From a virus, in the IMG/VR virus record IMGVR_UViG_3300023174_000052, positions 32,001 to 96,000 of that record: a stretch of 64,000 bases of DNA, one strand, 5' to 3'. Both the position numbers and the translations under genes were made by a program. This document shows, piece after piece, positions 56,211 through 64,000 of the stretch; within the stretch, counting starts at the first letter, position 1, and each line of letters opens with the position of its first letter. The notes beneath the pieces were generated by a model. It did not search any database. It was given only the letters and a program-made list of their open reading frames with translations, and was not told the DNA's origin.

Positions 56211-58651
56211 AATATCCTCTTGATGCTCTTGCCCAAATAGCCGTTAATAACGTCTTCTGCTGCTTCTGCGAATCTTTGTCCACGTGTTTGCGTCGTGGCC
56301 ACCGCGTCGACGCGATCTTTCTTCGACTGTTCATCAAGCTCAGGGAAAAAAGCTTCTCTAACTGTCTCGCCGACAGGATACGGCACAGCGCGTGGCATAC
56401 CATCATAATCGAGACCCATCGGAAGATCATGTATAGGACTAAATTGTAAACTAACCTTACAATAAATCGGAGCTCGACTTCCTTGTGAAGTTTCCCAAGG
56501 CGCTTCTGCCCAATCGAAACCAATCGATCTTATGCTTCCTGCTAAACCTCGTCCTGATGTTTCTTCGAAACTTCTGACGATAGCGTTTCCACCCCTTTCA
56601 TCATTATTATCATTTTTCGTGATAAAATAATTACCCGGTGTTCCGAAATGTTTCGATATCGAGTCAGCAGCATCAAGTCTGGGCAACGTATTTGTTCTAT
56701 CAACGCGAGAATTAACTACCTGTGTTCTCGCGCGCTCGACTCGCGCATCCAATACGCTAAGTGTAGGTTCGTCCGTAGCATCCGTGTTCTCACGGTCGTA
56801 TACAGCGTCTAGATATACTTGTTGTGCTTCTTGATAATCCATTTCTGTATACGCGGGTCGTTGAGATTCTTGTCGTTCTATACCATATAAATTCTCTGCA
56901 TTAACCGCGACGTATTCGACATTCGCAGCTCGACTACCCGAAGATACCAACGAAGCTGCCAGCGTATCGACACGCATTTTTTTATCTAATTTCACTACGA
57001 CTATAACCGTTCCATCTCTTCGCTTTTTACCATCAGTAACAGTACCTGTCGTTCCTCTTTTGATCGTGATCGTAGAGTGCAAACCGGCTAGTGGATTTAT
57101 AAAATTTATTCCTTGTTTGCAAGTTACAGTGCTAGCAAACACGACGGGTATATCTTCGACAGTTCCATTTACAGGATTCAATAGCATTCCTTCTACACCT
57201 ACGTCAAGAGACATGCCACTTCGTTCTAACGATCCTATAAAATCGTCTAAATTTTTTAATCTTACAACCGCTCCCGATTCTTGTTCAGTTGTTGTATTTG
57301 GTAATTCAAAGGTGCTAGGAAATATATCATTATTACCCAAACCAAAATTACGAGCCAAATTGAATCTTGAATAGTTACTCGCAATTAAATCGCCAACTCT
57401 TAATCTAACGAGTGGAGAAGAAGTTATAACTTGAGAAAATGGTTGTATGACCTTTTGACCATTTAATTCTATTTCTTCGCCCTTTGACCACTGCGGGTAT
57501 ATCATTGTCACTAATCTATTGATCGTCCACCACACTCGATCGAAATCCTTCTCCGACGTCGCGACAATCATAAAATCTACGCCGATAGATCTCGTTGTAC
57601 CTTTATAAACCTGCACAGCGTCCATGCGACCGTAACCCTCGGTATCGTTCCAGTTCGCGTTGTAAGAATCGGAGACATTTTCTACGAACGCATGAAAATT
57701 TAAAAATTCATTTGTTCTAAGATCTTGTATATAAAAAGGAACATATTGCGCTTCCAAAACTCTTTCTATTTCTTTTACTTCTTCTTTACTAAAAGAACTT
57801 TTACTAGAAGCGCCATTTAATTTTGATTTAACCTGCGCCAATTTGCTTCCATTGTATCCGTGATAATCATTTAAAGCCCGTTGAAAACTTTCGGGCATTA
57901 AAACGGGCGCTAAATTTGCAGCGAGTCTATGCGAAATAGATTGTTGATTACTTCCTTTATAAGCTTTCGATCTAGACTGCCACGTAGAAGCATCTTGCGC
58001 AAGAATAGTATTAGCAGTAACTTTATCATTGTCGTCGATATTCGATACATCAATAGACTTATATTTAGAACCTTCTATCGGATTAGACATTTTTGTGAAG
58101 CGATTCTTAGGGAGTCGTATCTCTATTTCAGCCTGCATGGCTAGAGATATGGGGTTAAATTCAGGAATAAAATCGCCCGGGTCGCCCGTTGTTAAATTAG
58201 TAATAATATCGACAGGATCTGGTAGTACGTCTTGGACTGTCAAGACATCCTTCAACATCGACGCTCGTTGTTTTCGTTTTTTCGCCGTGTCGTTACCACC
58301 AACGTTCATAAGCTTATTAGTAACAAGCATATTCTTTGGAAAGTTCCACTTTGCCATTTGAGATTCGGTCGCATATTTTTTTACGTCAGTATTTCCATCA
58401 GCGTCCGGTTCTTCTTGTGTAGGTAGCGGTTGCGCATTGCCCACAGGAGGCGAATACGTAGGATCTCCGATCGGACTAGTCGTTATTAAATGGACTAAAG
58501 TTGTCGGATCGTCAGGAGCAGGTATTTTAACGTTATGCTCAGATTCGCCTAGTGTTCTACGACCAAGATAGTCTCCTAATCTTCTCTTCGTTTCTTCAGG
58601 GAAATCGCCTGTCTCTCTATCGACTTTTAAAAATCTTGAATCTATTGGCAT
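56207..58651 (-). CDS. Tail-tube initiator / baseplate (gp48/gp54-like) protein with insertions
   Basis: F.AF....SDSY.ANW....YGR....VY..T.RSI...F, PLVRLRVGD and PWE......P....V.L.F.PIH. Confidence 0.65.
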   Translation of the reverse strand: MPIDSRFLKVDRETGDFPEETKRRLGDYLGRRTLGESEHNVKIPAPDDPTTLVHLITTSPIGDPTYSPPVGNAQPLPTQEEPDADGNTDVKKYATESQMAKWNFPKNMLVTNKLMNVGGNDTAKKRKQRASMLKDVLTVQDVLPDPVDIITNLTTGDPGDFIPEFNPISLAMQAEIEIRLPKNRFTKMSNPIEGSKYKSIDVSNIDDNDKVTANTILAQDASTWQSRSKAYKGSNQQSISHRLAANLAPVLMPESFQRALNDYHGYNGSKLAQVKSKLNGASSKSSFSKEEVKEIERVLEAQYVPFYIQDLRTNEFLNFHAFVENVSDSYNANWNDTEGYGRMDAVQVYKGTTRSIGVDFMIVATSEKDFDRVWWTINRLVTMIYPQWSKGEEIELNGQKVIQPFSQVITSSPLVRLRVGDLIASNYSRFNLARNFGLGNNDIFPSTFELPNTTTEQESGAVVRLKNLDDFIGSLERSGMSLDVGVEGMLLNPVNGTVEDIPVVFASTVTCKQGINFINPLAGLHSTITIKRGTTGTVTDGKKRRDGTVIVVVKLDKKMRVDTLAASLVSSGSRAANVEYVAVNAENLYGIERQESQRPAYTEMDYQEAQQVYLDAVYDRENTDATDEPTLSVLDARVERARTQVVNSRVDRTNTLPRLDAADSISKHFGTPGNYFITKNDNNDERGGNAIVRSFEETSGRGLAGSIRSIGFDWAEAPWETSQGSRAPIYCKVSLQFSPIHDLPMGLDYDGMPRAVPYPVGETVREAFFPELDEQSKKDRVDAVATTQTRGQRFAEAAEDVINGYLGKSIKRIL

Positions 58652-58751
58652 CGTCGTTTCCCCTATCAGAGTGAATCATATGCGTCTTCGGATCGAAAGT
58701 AACTTAGGACTATCTATGCGCTTAATAAAAGCGTCCATCATATCGTTTTGA

Positions 58752-61700
58752 TTATTTACCTTGCGCTCCAAACGCTGCGGCTATATTCTTTATAGAGGGA
58801 TCATTCGGATTCGCGTTAATCATCTTCGCTGATACGTCAAATATTTCTTTCGCGATATCGTCAGCCTTCATCGTGAGATTTAGCTGGACGTTCATTGTAA
58901 TTGGCTTTCTTTCAAGTTGTATTATACTATCTTTTATGCCTAAATTTTTTCCGATTTTTTCTACTGTAGCATCCATTTGAATGTCGCCGAGACTTTCTAA
59001 CGCCGAATTAACCGCCTTGATGTCGTCGACGATCGCCGTGACTAATGGCGCCATAGTCTTTTCTTTATATGTAGATAGCATGTCTGATACTTTGAAATAG
59101 TCGGGCATAAATCCAGCCAAATTAGCGAGAGGAGCTCGAAGACTGTCAATATTCTTTTTAATAAGGACCGCGTCTAAAGCTTTACCTTCGGATAATTTCA
59201 TTATTTCTCCCAAGGATTCGGCGACTGGTTTTATGGTCCCAATAACAGTCGCAATAGTTTGAGCTTTTTCGTTATTAAAATCGTCGGGTAATCCGTCGGC
59301 TGCGAGAACTACTGAATCGACGATGTACGGAAGCTCAGTTTTTATCGTCTCCATAATTGTTCCCATCGATTTCATAATTTGATCTATTTTATCCGTCGCT
59401 CTATTACCCATTAGGATACCACCGCCTTCAATTCCTGCTAGCGCTTGAATCGGCGATGAGATAGCAGTTACTAAACTTGCTACTGCTCCTATTGCAGAGG
59501 CAAACGCGTCGGCTTTTTCTTTATTGAAACCAGGAGGGATCAACTTTGCTGTTTTGAAAACTTCAGGAATTATATCTTGTATAGCCTTAGATAATACTGG
59601 CAATAATTGCGTAAATCTCACCATAATGAAATCAATTATTTCTGTTGCTCTATTGCCCAACGCCAAACCGCCTTTGATTCCTGCAAGAGCGCTAATCGGT
59701 TGAGTTAAAGCTCCCGCTAAATTAGCTATCTTTCCAATTACGTCTGCAACACCAACGGCCCTTGAAATAACACCTTTAGGATATTTTTGTGTATCTAATG
59801 CGATGGTCATAACAGTAGTGAGCAATCCTGTTATTTTACCTTTTATTTTTTCGAGGAATGAACCCATAGATTCTATCGCGCTAGATGCAGAATTACCCTT
59901 AAAAATTTTAGAAGCAATGTCGAGTTTTCCTGCATCGACGGCGAGAGTGCCGAGTGACGACATAGACTCGACGAGTTTACCTATTAATTCGACTTTTAAT
60001 TTTAGCTGTTCTGGGTCGGTTACATTAATGCGATCTATCGCGCTCAATCCTCTGGCAAGACTACCTGAGGTTTCTTCCATGAACTTCGCCATTAATAGAG
60101 TCGACGCGATCAATGGTATGATATATGGTCCCATAAGCGCGAAAGTTCCGCTAGCGGCGACTAATGCTCCAACTGCTGTCATGCTTACTAAAATTAATTC
60201 GAATATTTTTAAGACCTTACTAGGATCTGCTATATTCGTTCTCGTTATCAAGCTATTAATGCCTGCTGCAAGTACTGCTACACCGAATGTTAAAAACGCA
60301 ACAGCTAAAGGTAATGTAACAAGACCTAGCGCCATGGCAGGAGCTGCCGTTGCCAATGCAATGGAAGCGACAGCGATTCCAATTAATGCCCCGATTCCCG
60401 TGGCAGTAGCAGCAAACACTTTCTTGATGTCATCCCAATCAACCTCTTTGAGAACTCCTGCAGCATATGCGACTGCTTTAGAGAATACAACTATCCCTGC
60501 GGTGGTGAATATCGCGGCTAATAATAGACCGGCCATTCCTATAGTCAATGTCGCACCGCCATCAGCGACCAACGAAGCAGCTGTAAAAGCAAGAACGATC
60601 GTTGCCAATATTCCAAAACCAGTAGCAGCAAATACTTTTTTAATATCATCCCAGTCTACAGGTTTTAATATGTCGGCAGCCATTCGAACTGCGATTGAAA
60701 ACCACAAAATGCCATCGATAACGAATAACGCTGCGACAGTTAAGCCGAGTATCCCTATCAACATTTCAGGAATTGCTTCACTGAGCGCCGACGCTGCGAA
60801 TGCAAGTCCTAACGTAGCAGATATTCCAAGCGCCATTGAAATAAATACCATATTGACTTGATCCCATGATATTCCTGCAAAGAGTGCTGCCGATTCAGAG
60901 ATCGCTAAAGAAAATGCATACACAGCCCCCGATACGAACGCGGCAATAATAAGTAAATTTAATCCTGCTTTAGCAACAGTTCCGGGTTTCACATTCCCTA
61001 ATTCTTCAACAATTCCCATTACTGACTTCGCTGCTTCTCTCATTTTTTCGCTTATTGGAACAGGTTGTTTTTCTTCTCCTGGTTTTACTCCTATTGCATC
61101 TGCTATTTTACTTTTTATTTTCAATACAACGGCGCTTGATATAGCTGATATAGTCGCCTTTAATAACATAAAACCTATGTAAGCTCCGATTACAGGTACG
61201 AGTATCGGAGACAGCGCCTTAAACGCTTCAACAAACAAGTCCCACAAAGCGTGGAGAAGATCAGGGAGCACGTCCATAATTCCGTCTATTAACGGCTTCA
61301 ATAGAGAAGATCCGGCGTTCATACCTCGGATCCATGCAGCCAATTTCTTGATTATATCTGTTAGACCCGACAATAACTTCGGTAACAAAGCGATGAGCGA
61401 TTTTAATAAAAAGCTACCGAACTTCATCATGCCATCGAGAATTGTAGATCCTCTACCGTTTTTATCTCCGAATATTTTTTTAAACGCGTTCGAAATATAA
61501 TCAGTGAATTTATTTATGTATTTTTCAGGATTTTTTTGAAAATCCTTAAACGTACCATCAACTCCATTTTTAAAGTTTTTGACGTCTTTCGTTATACCAT
61601 CTAACGTTTTAGAAATATCTCTAAAGAAACCTGCGACGCCGCCTAACATCTCTTTAACACCTGGGAACGCTGTTACGAAAACGTTTCCAAGTACGCGACC

Positions 61701-63227
61701 TAATCTAGCTGCTGATTTTAACGCGTCCATTATCGAATAGAGAAGTTCTTTCATTGGCTTCGCTTTCATAATGCCATTTGTAAAACCGTCAAAGAACGTC
61801 TTGAACAAGCTTCCGAGATATTGAATAGGTTCGAAAGCTTTTTTGATATTATCTGCCATATTCTGCATTATCTCTTCTTGAGATAACTGCTTATCAGCTG
61901 CGCCTTCTGCAGCAGCAGAAATTTCGTCGTAGGACATACCCATATTTTCTGCAGATAATGCGGCCTCGACCATATTCGCATCCATACCAGCGGTCTGCGC
62001 GAGTAAGTCTTTTTCGGCTCGAGACATATCTTTTATCGATCTACCCGTTGCAGCGAACGACTGGCGTAACATATCGAGACGTTTCGAAGGATCCTGCTCC
62101 TTCATCATTTGCATCGCATCGACATTCATTCCGAAGGATTGCGCGAGTTTAGATGCATTAGTCGCTGCTGTCTCAAAATCATCGAAAGCACCCATTAAAC
62201 CTTCGAGATCCTTGATTTCTAATCCTAATTTTCTAACGTATACAGCTGACGTTGCCATTTGAGCTTTAGTCATAGCTCCGAATTTGCCCATGTTCGACGT
62301 CATGTAAGTCATATCCTTACCCATGAGCTTCGAAGAGATTCCGAATTTTTTGCCCATTTGTACGGATAAATTACCAATCTCTTTCAATGAATCTGTAATA
62401 TTTTCGCCTCGGGCAAGTGCAGTAGACCCGAGAGATTTCATCGCTTCGTTAGTGATGCCGAGACCTTTTTGATAGATCACTACCTGCGCGGCGTTTTCAA
62501 CCATCTGGTTACCTAACGCGCTAAATACTGGTCCCATCGCTTCGGCAGTTTCGCTAAGCTCCTGCATCGCCTTAGCCAAACCATCAGGACCATAACCATA
62601 AATTGATCCTAAAGAGCGACCAGAACCTGCTAAATTACCAGATTGTTTATTTAATTCTTTATATGAATCTATAACAGCCTTGCCTTCATTCGAAGCCAGA
62701 CTTCCAAATTTATCTCTTACTTCTTCGAATGCAGTCCTCAATACAAGCGAATCGTTCGCGAGATTAGCGGCCTCTTCCTGTAATGAACTTAAAATTCCCA
62801 TAGGAATAGAAAGTAATGCTCCACCAATTCCTATAATGCTGCGAGTTAGTGACGTCACAACTCCGACTACGCCACCTAATACATCTTTAAACTTCTGAAA
62901 TGCAGTACGTCCTGCTTTCGCTGCTTGCGTCGCAGCAGGACCAACGTTAGGTATCTCTCTAGCAGCTTCTGTTGCAGCAGCTGTCACGCCTTCGATACCT
63001 GTCGACGCAGATCGAGCTGCATCGGCGGCTGCTGTCAACGCAGCCGCCATATTATCAACACCCTCGGGCTTTTTTGAACCTTTATCTAATAACTCTGCCA
63101 GCTTTTCAGATATCTGGATCTGGTTTCGCAGTACTTCATTTTGCTTAGACATAAGCACAGTTCTTGCTTCCAGCAATTCATTAATCTGGCGCTGAATGTC
63201 TAGATTTCCAGTATCTTCGGTAGCCAC
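58752..63227 (-). CDS. Tape measure protein
   Basis: 1491 aa, Ala-rich helical with a hydrophobic central region, between the tail chaperone and baseplate genes. Confidence 0.85.
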   Translation of the reverse strand: MATEDTGNLDIQRQINELLEARTVLMSKQNEVLRNQIQISEKLAELLDKGSKKPEGVDNMAAALTAAADAARSASTGIEGVTAAATEAAREIPNVGPAATQAAKAGRTAFQKFKDVLGGVVGVVTSLTRSIIGIGGALLSIPMGILSSLQEEAANLANDSLVLRTAFEEVRDKFGSLASNEGKAVIDSYKELNKQSGNLAGSGRSLGSIYGYGPDGLAKAMQELSETAEAMGPVFSALGNQMVENAAQVVIYQKGLGITNEAMKSLGSTALARGENITDSLKEIGNLSVQMGKKFGISSKLMGKDMTYMTSNMGKFGAMTKAQMATSAVYVRKLGLEIKDLEGLMGAFDDFETAATNASKLAQSFGMNVDAMQMMKEQDPSKRLDMLRQSFAATGRSIKDMSRAEKDLLAQTAGMDANMVEAALSAENMGMSYDEISAAAEGAADKQLSQEEIMQNMADNIKKAFEPIQYLGSLFKTFFDGFTNGIMKAKPMKELLYSIMDALKSAARLGRVLGNVFVTAFPGVKEMLGGVAGFFRDISKTLDGITKDVKNFKNGVDGTFKDFQKNPEKYINKFTDYISNAFKKIFGDKNGRGSTILDGMMKFGSFLLKSLIALLPKLLSGLTDIIKKLAAWIRGMNAGSSLLKPLIDGIMDVLPDLLHALWDLFVEAFKALSPILVPVIGAYIGFMLLKATISAISSAVVLKIKSKIADAIGVKPGEEKQPVPISEKMREAAKSVMGIVEELGNVKPGTVAKAGLNLLIIAAFVSGAVYAFSLAISESAALFAGISWDQVNMVFISMALGISATLGLAFAASALSEAIPEMLIGILGLTVAALFVIDGILWFSIAVRMAADILKPVDWDDIKKVFAATGFGILATIVLAFTAASLVADGGATLTIGMAGLLLAAIFTTAGIVVFSKAVAYAAGVLKEVDWDDIKKVFAATATGIGALIGIAVASIALATAAPAMALGLVTLPLAVAFLTFGVAVLAAGINSLITRTNIADPSKVLKIFELILVSMTAVGALVAASGTFALMGPYIIPLIASTLLMAKFMEETSGSLARGLSAIDRINVTDPEQLKLKVELIGKLVESMSSLGTLAVDAGKLDIASKIFKGNSASSAIESMGSFLEKIKGKITGLLTTVMTIALDTQKYPKGVISRAVGVADVIGKIANLAGALTQPISALAGIKGGLALGNRATEIIDFIMVRFTQLLPVLSKAIQDIIPEVFKTAKLIPPGFNKEKADAFASAIGAVASLVTAISSPIQALAGIEGGGILMGNRATDKIDQIMKSMGTIMETIKTELPYIVDSVVLAADGLPDDFNNEKAQTIATVIGTIKPVAESLGEIMKLSEGKALDAVLIKKNIDSLRAPLANLAGFMPDYFKVSDMLSTYKEKTMAPLVTAIVDDIKAVNSALESLGDIQMDATVEKIGKNLGIKDSIIQLERKPITMNVQLNLTMKADDIAKEIFDVSAKMINANPNDPSIKNIAAAFGAQGK

Positions 63228-63273
63228 GGGTCAACGACCTCCCTACATCGTAACTATCGGGAGGCTCAAGTTT

Positions 63274-63510
63274 TTAGAGACCCCAATTCTGTCCTGTAAC
63301 GCGTTCAAATCTCGAAACAGCTATTCTTTTCTGTTCCAAGGCGCTTGCAACTTCATCGATCTTACCTTCTCGAAGCGCTAATAGCAATTTTCTCGAAGTG
63401 TTTGCAGCTTCATACATAACAGAAATAAAAACAGGATCACCGACAAGAGTTAACGTCTTACGATGACCCGAAATATATTCTACAAGAGATTTTTTAATAA
63501 TGGGTTCCAT
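63274..63510 (-). CDS. Hypothetical late protein
   Basis: 78 aa ORF with ATAATTA upstream. Confidence 0.6.
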   Translation of the reverse strand: MEPIIKKSLVEYISGHRKTLTLVGDPVFISVMYEAANTSRKLLLALREGKIDEVASALEQKRIAVSRFERVTGQNWGL

Positions 63511-63539
63511 AATGAGTAATTATCTCTTCATTTTTCTTT

Positions 63540-63794
63540 TTATGTAAATCTTCGAAGTTTCGCAGGAACTTGTGATCTTGCCTTATTCGTTAGCGCTCTG
63601 GCTTCGGGTGAATTCGCATGAGCAGCTCTCGAATCTTCTGAACCCTTCATCTCCCGCTGCAATCTCTGTAAAAACCAGACTCTATATTGTACCGGTAGAT
63701 TATAGCACTCCCAATAACTGAATCCCATATAATACATCAACAAGAAGGAGTGCTCTAAGTATATCTCTCTATCAGTCGGCGTCAGGCCAAAAAA
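63540..63794 (-). CDS. Tail assembly chaperone C-terminal extension (gpT-like), reached by frameshift
   Basis: The frame is open from the T7 run: FFGLTPTDREIYLEHSFLLMYYMGFSYWECYNLPVQYRVWFLQRL, with the L......F.......LP..R..F chaperone-extension pattern. Confidence 0.7.
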   Translation of the reverse strand, partial: FFGLTPTDREIYLEHSFLLMYYMGFSYWECYNLPVQYRVWFLQRLQREMKGSEDSRAAHANSPEARALTNKARSQVPAKLRRFT

Positions 63795-64000
63795 AGCTGG
63801 CCCCTAGAGGCATTCTCACCTCCGAAGATTCACCACACGCCGTGCAATCGATGAACTGCTTCATATCGATGCCAGGTTCATTCTTGTCGATGAATTGACG
63901 AAGAGTCATAGAATCGCGAGCTGGCATCGAACGAATGAACGACGCAATGAGAGACTTATCTGTCTTTCCATCAACAGCGACGAGAGAAAACTGTAGGCGA
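63772..64000 (-). CDS. Tail assembly chaperone / T4 gp26-like protein, C-terminal part (partial)
   Basis: Translated by hand: ...FIRSMPARDSMTLRQFIDKNEPGIDMKQFIDCTACGESSEVRMPLGASFFWPDAD*, with a CxxC motif and an FFWP end. Confidence 0.8.
   Translation of the reverse strand, partial: RLQFSLVAVDGKTDKSLIASFIRSMPARDSMTLRQFIDKNEPGIDMKQFIDCTACGESSEVRMPLGASFFWPDAD

Noticed and set aside
58675-58741. 21-codon ORF between the tape measure and the tube-initiator gene
   Set aside because: Too short, with no RBS or recognisable motif; it cannot be supported.
870-63381. Many plus-strand and nested short ORFs in the track, such as 59803-60861, 31580-32068 and 33843-34325
   Set aside because: They are antisense shadows of long, motif-supported minus-strand genes and lack RBSs or recognisable motifs.

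Overview
This 64 kb window is a segment of a large tailed-phage genome (jumbo-like, probably myovirus morphotype) in the standard genetic code. Nearly all genes are on the minus strand. No tRNA, rRNA or CRISPR array was found. From left to right: (1) a cytosine-hypermodification locus with two thymidylate-synthase-fold genes, a NodU/TobZ-type carbamoyltransferase, an ATP-grasp/HAD fusion and a dNMP kinase, directly downstream of DNA polymerase III alpha (dnaE); (2) small ORFs including a J-domain protein; (3) a ~26 kb block of large virion fibre/adhesin genes. This block holds a duplicated cassette of fibre, small adaptor and giant autotransporter-passenger-like (PATR) beta-helix, in which the adaptor looks like the helix's detached C-terminal cap; (4) a nucleotide-pool/repair operon (thyX, MBD4-like glycosylase, DUF1599, dimeric dUTPase/dCTPase-like); (5) a lone plus-strand vWA lipoprotein, a GIY-YIG protein and ClpP; (6) a class II ribonucleotide reductase fractured into two genes carrying a split intein, with a free-standing endonuclease between them whose start codon is locked in a hairpin that has a late-promoter motif in its loop; (7) helicase, 5'-3' exonuclease, RecA, gp32-like SSB, a degenerate HD protein and a compact PolA; (8) baseplate, tape measure and tail-assembly-chaperone genes with a likely programmed frameshift. 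All calls come from motif recognition by eye; no database searches were run.
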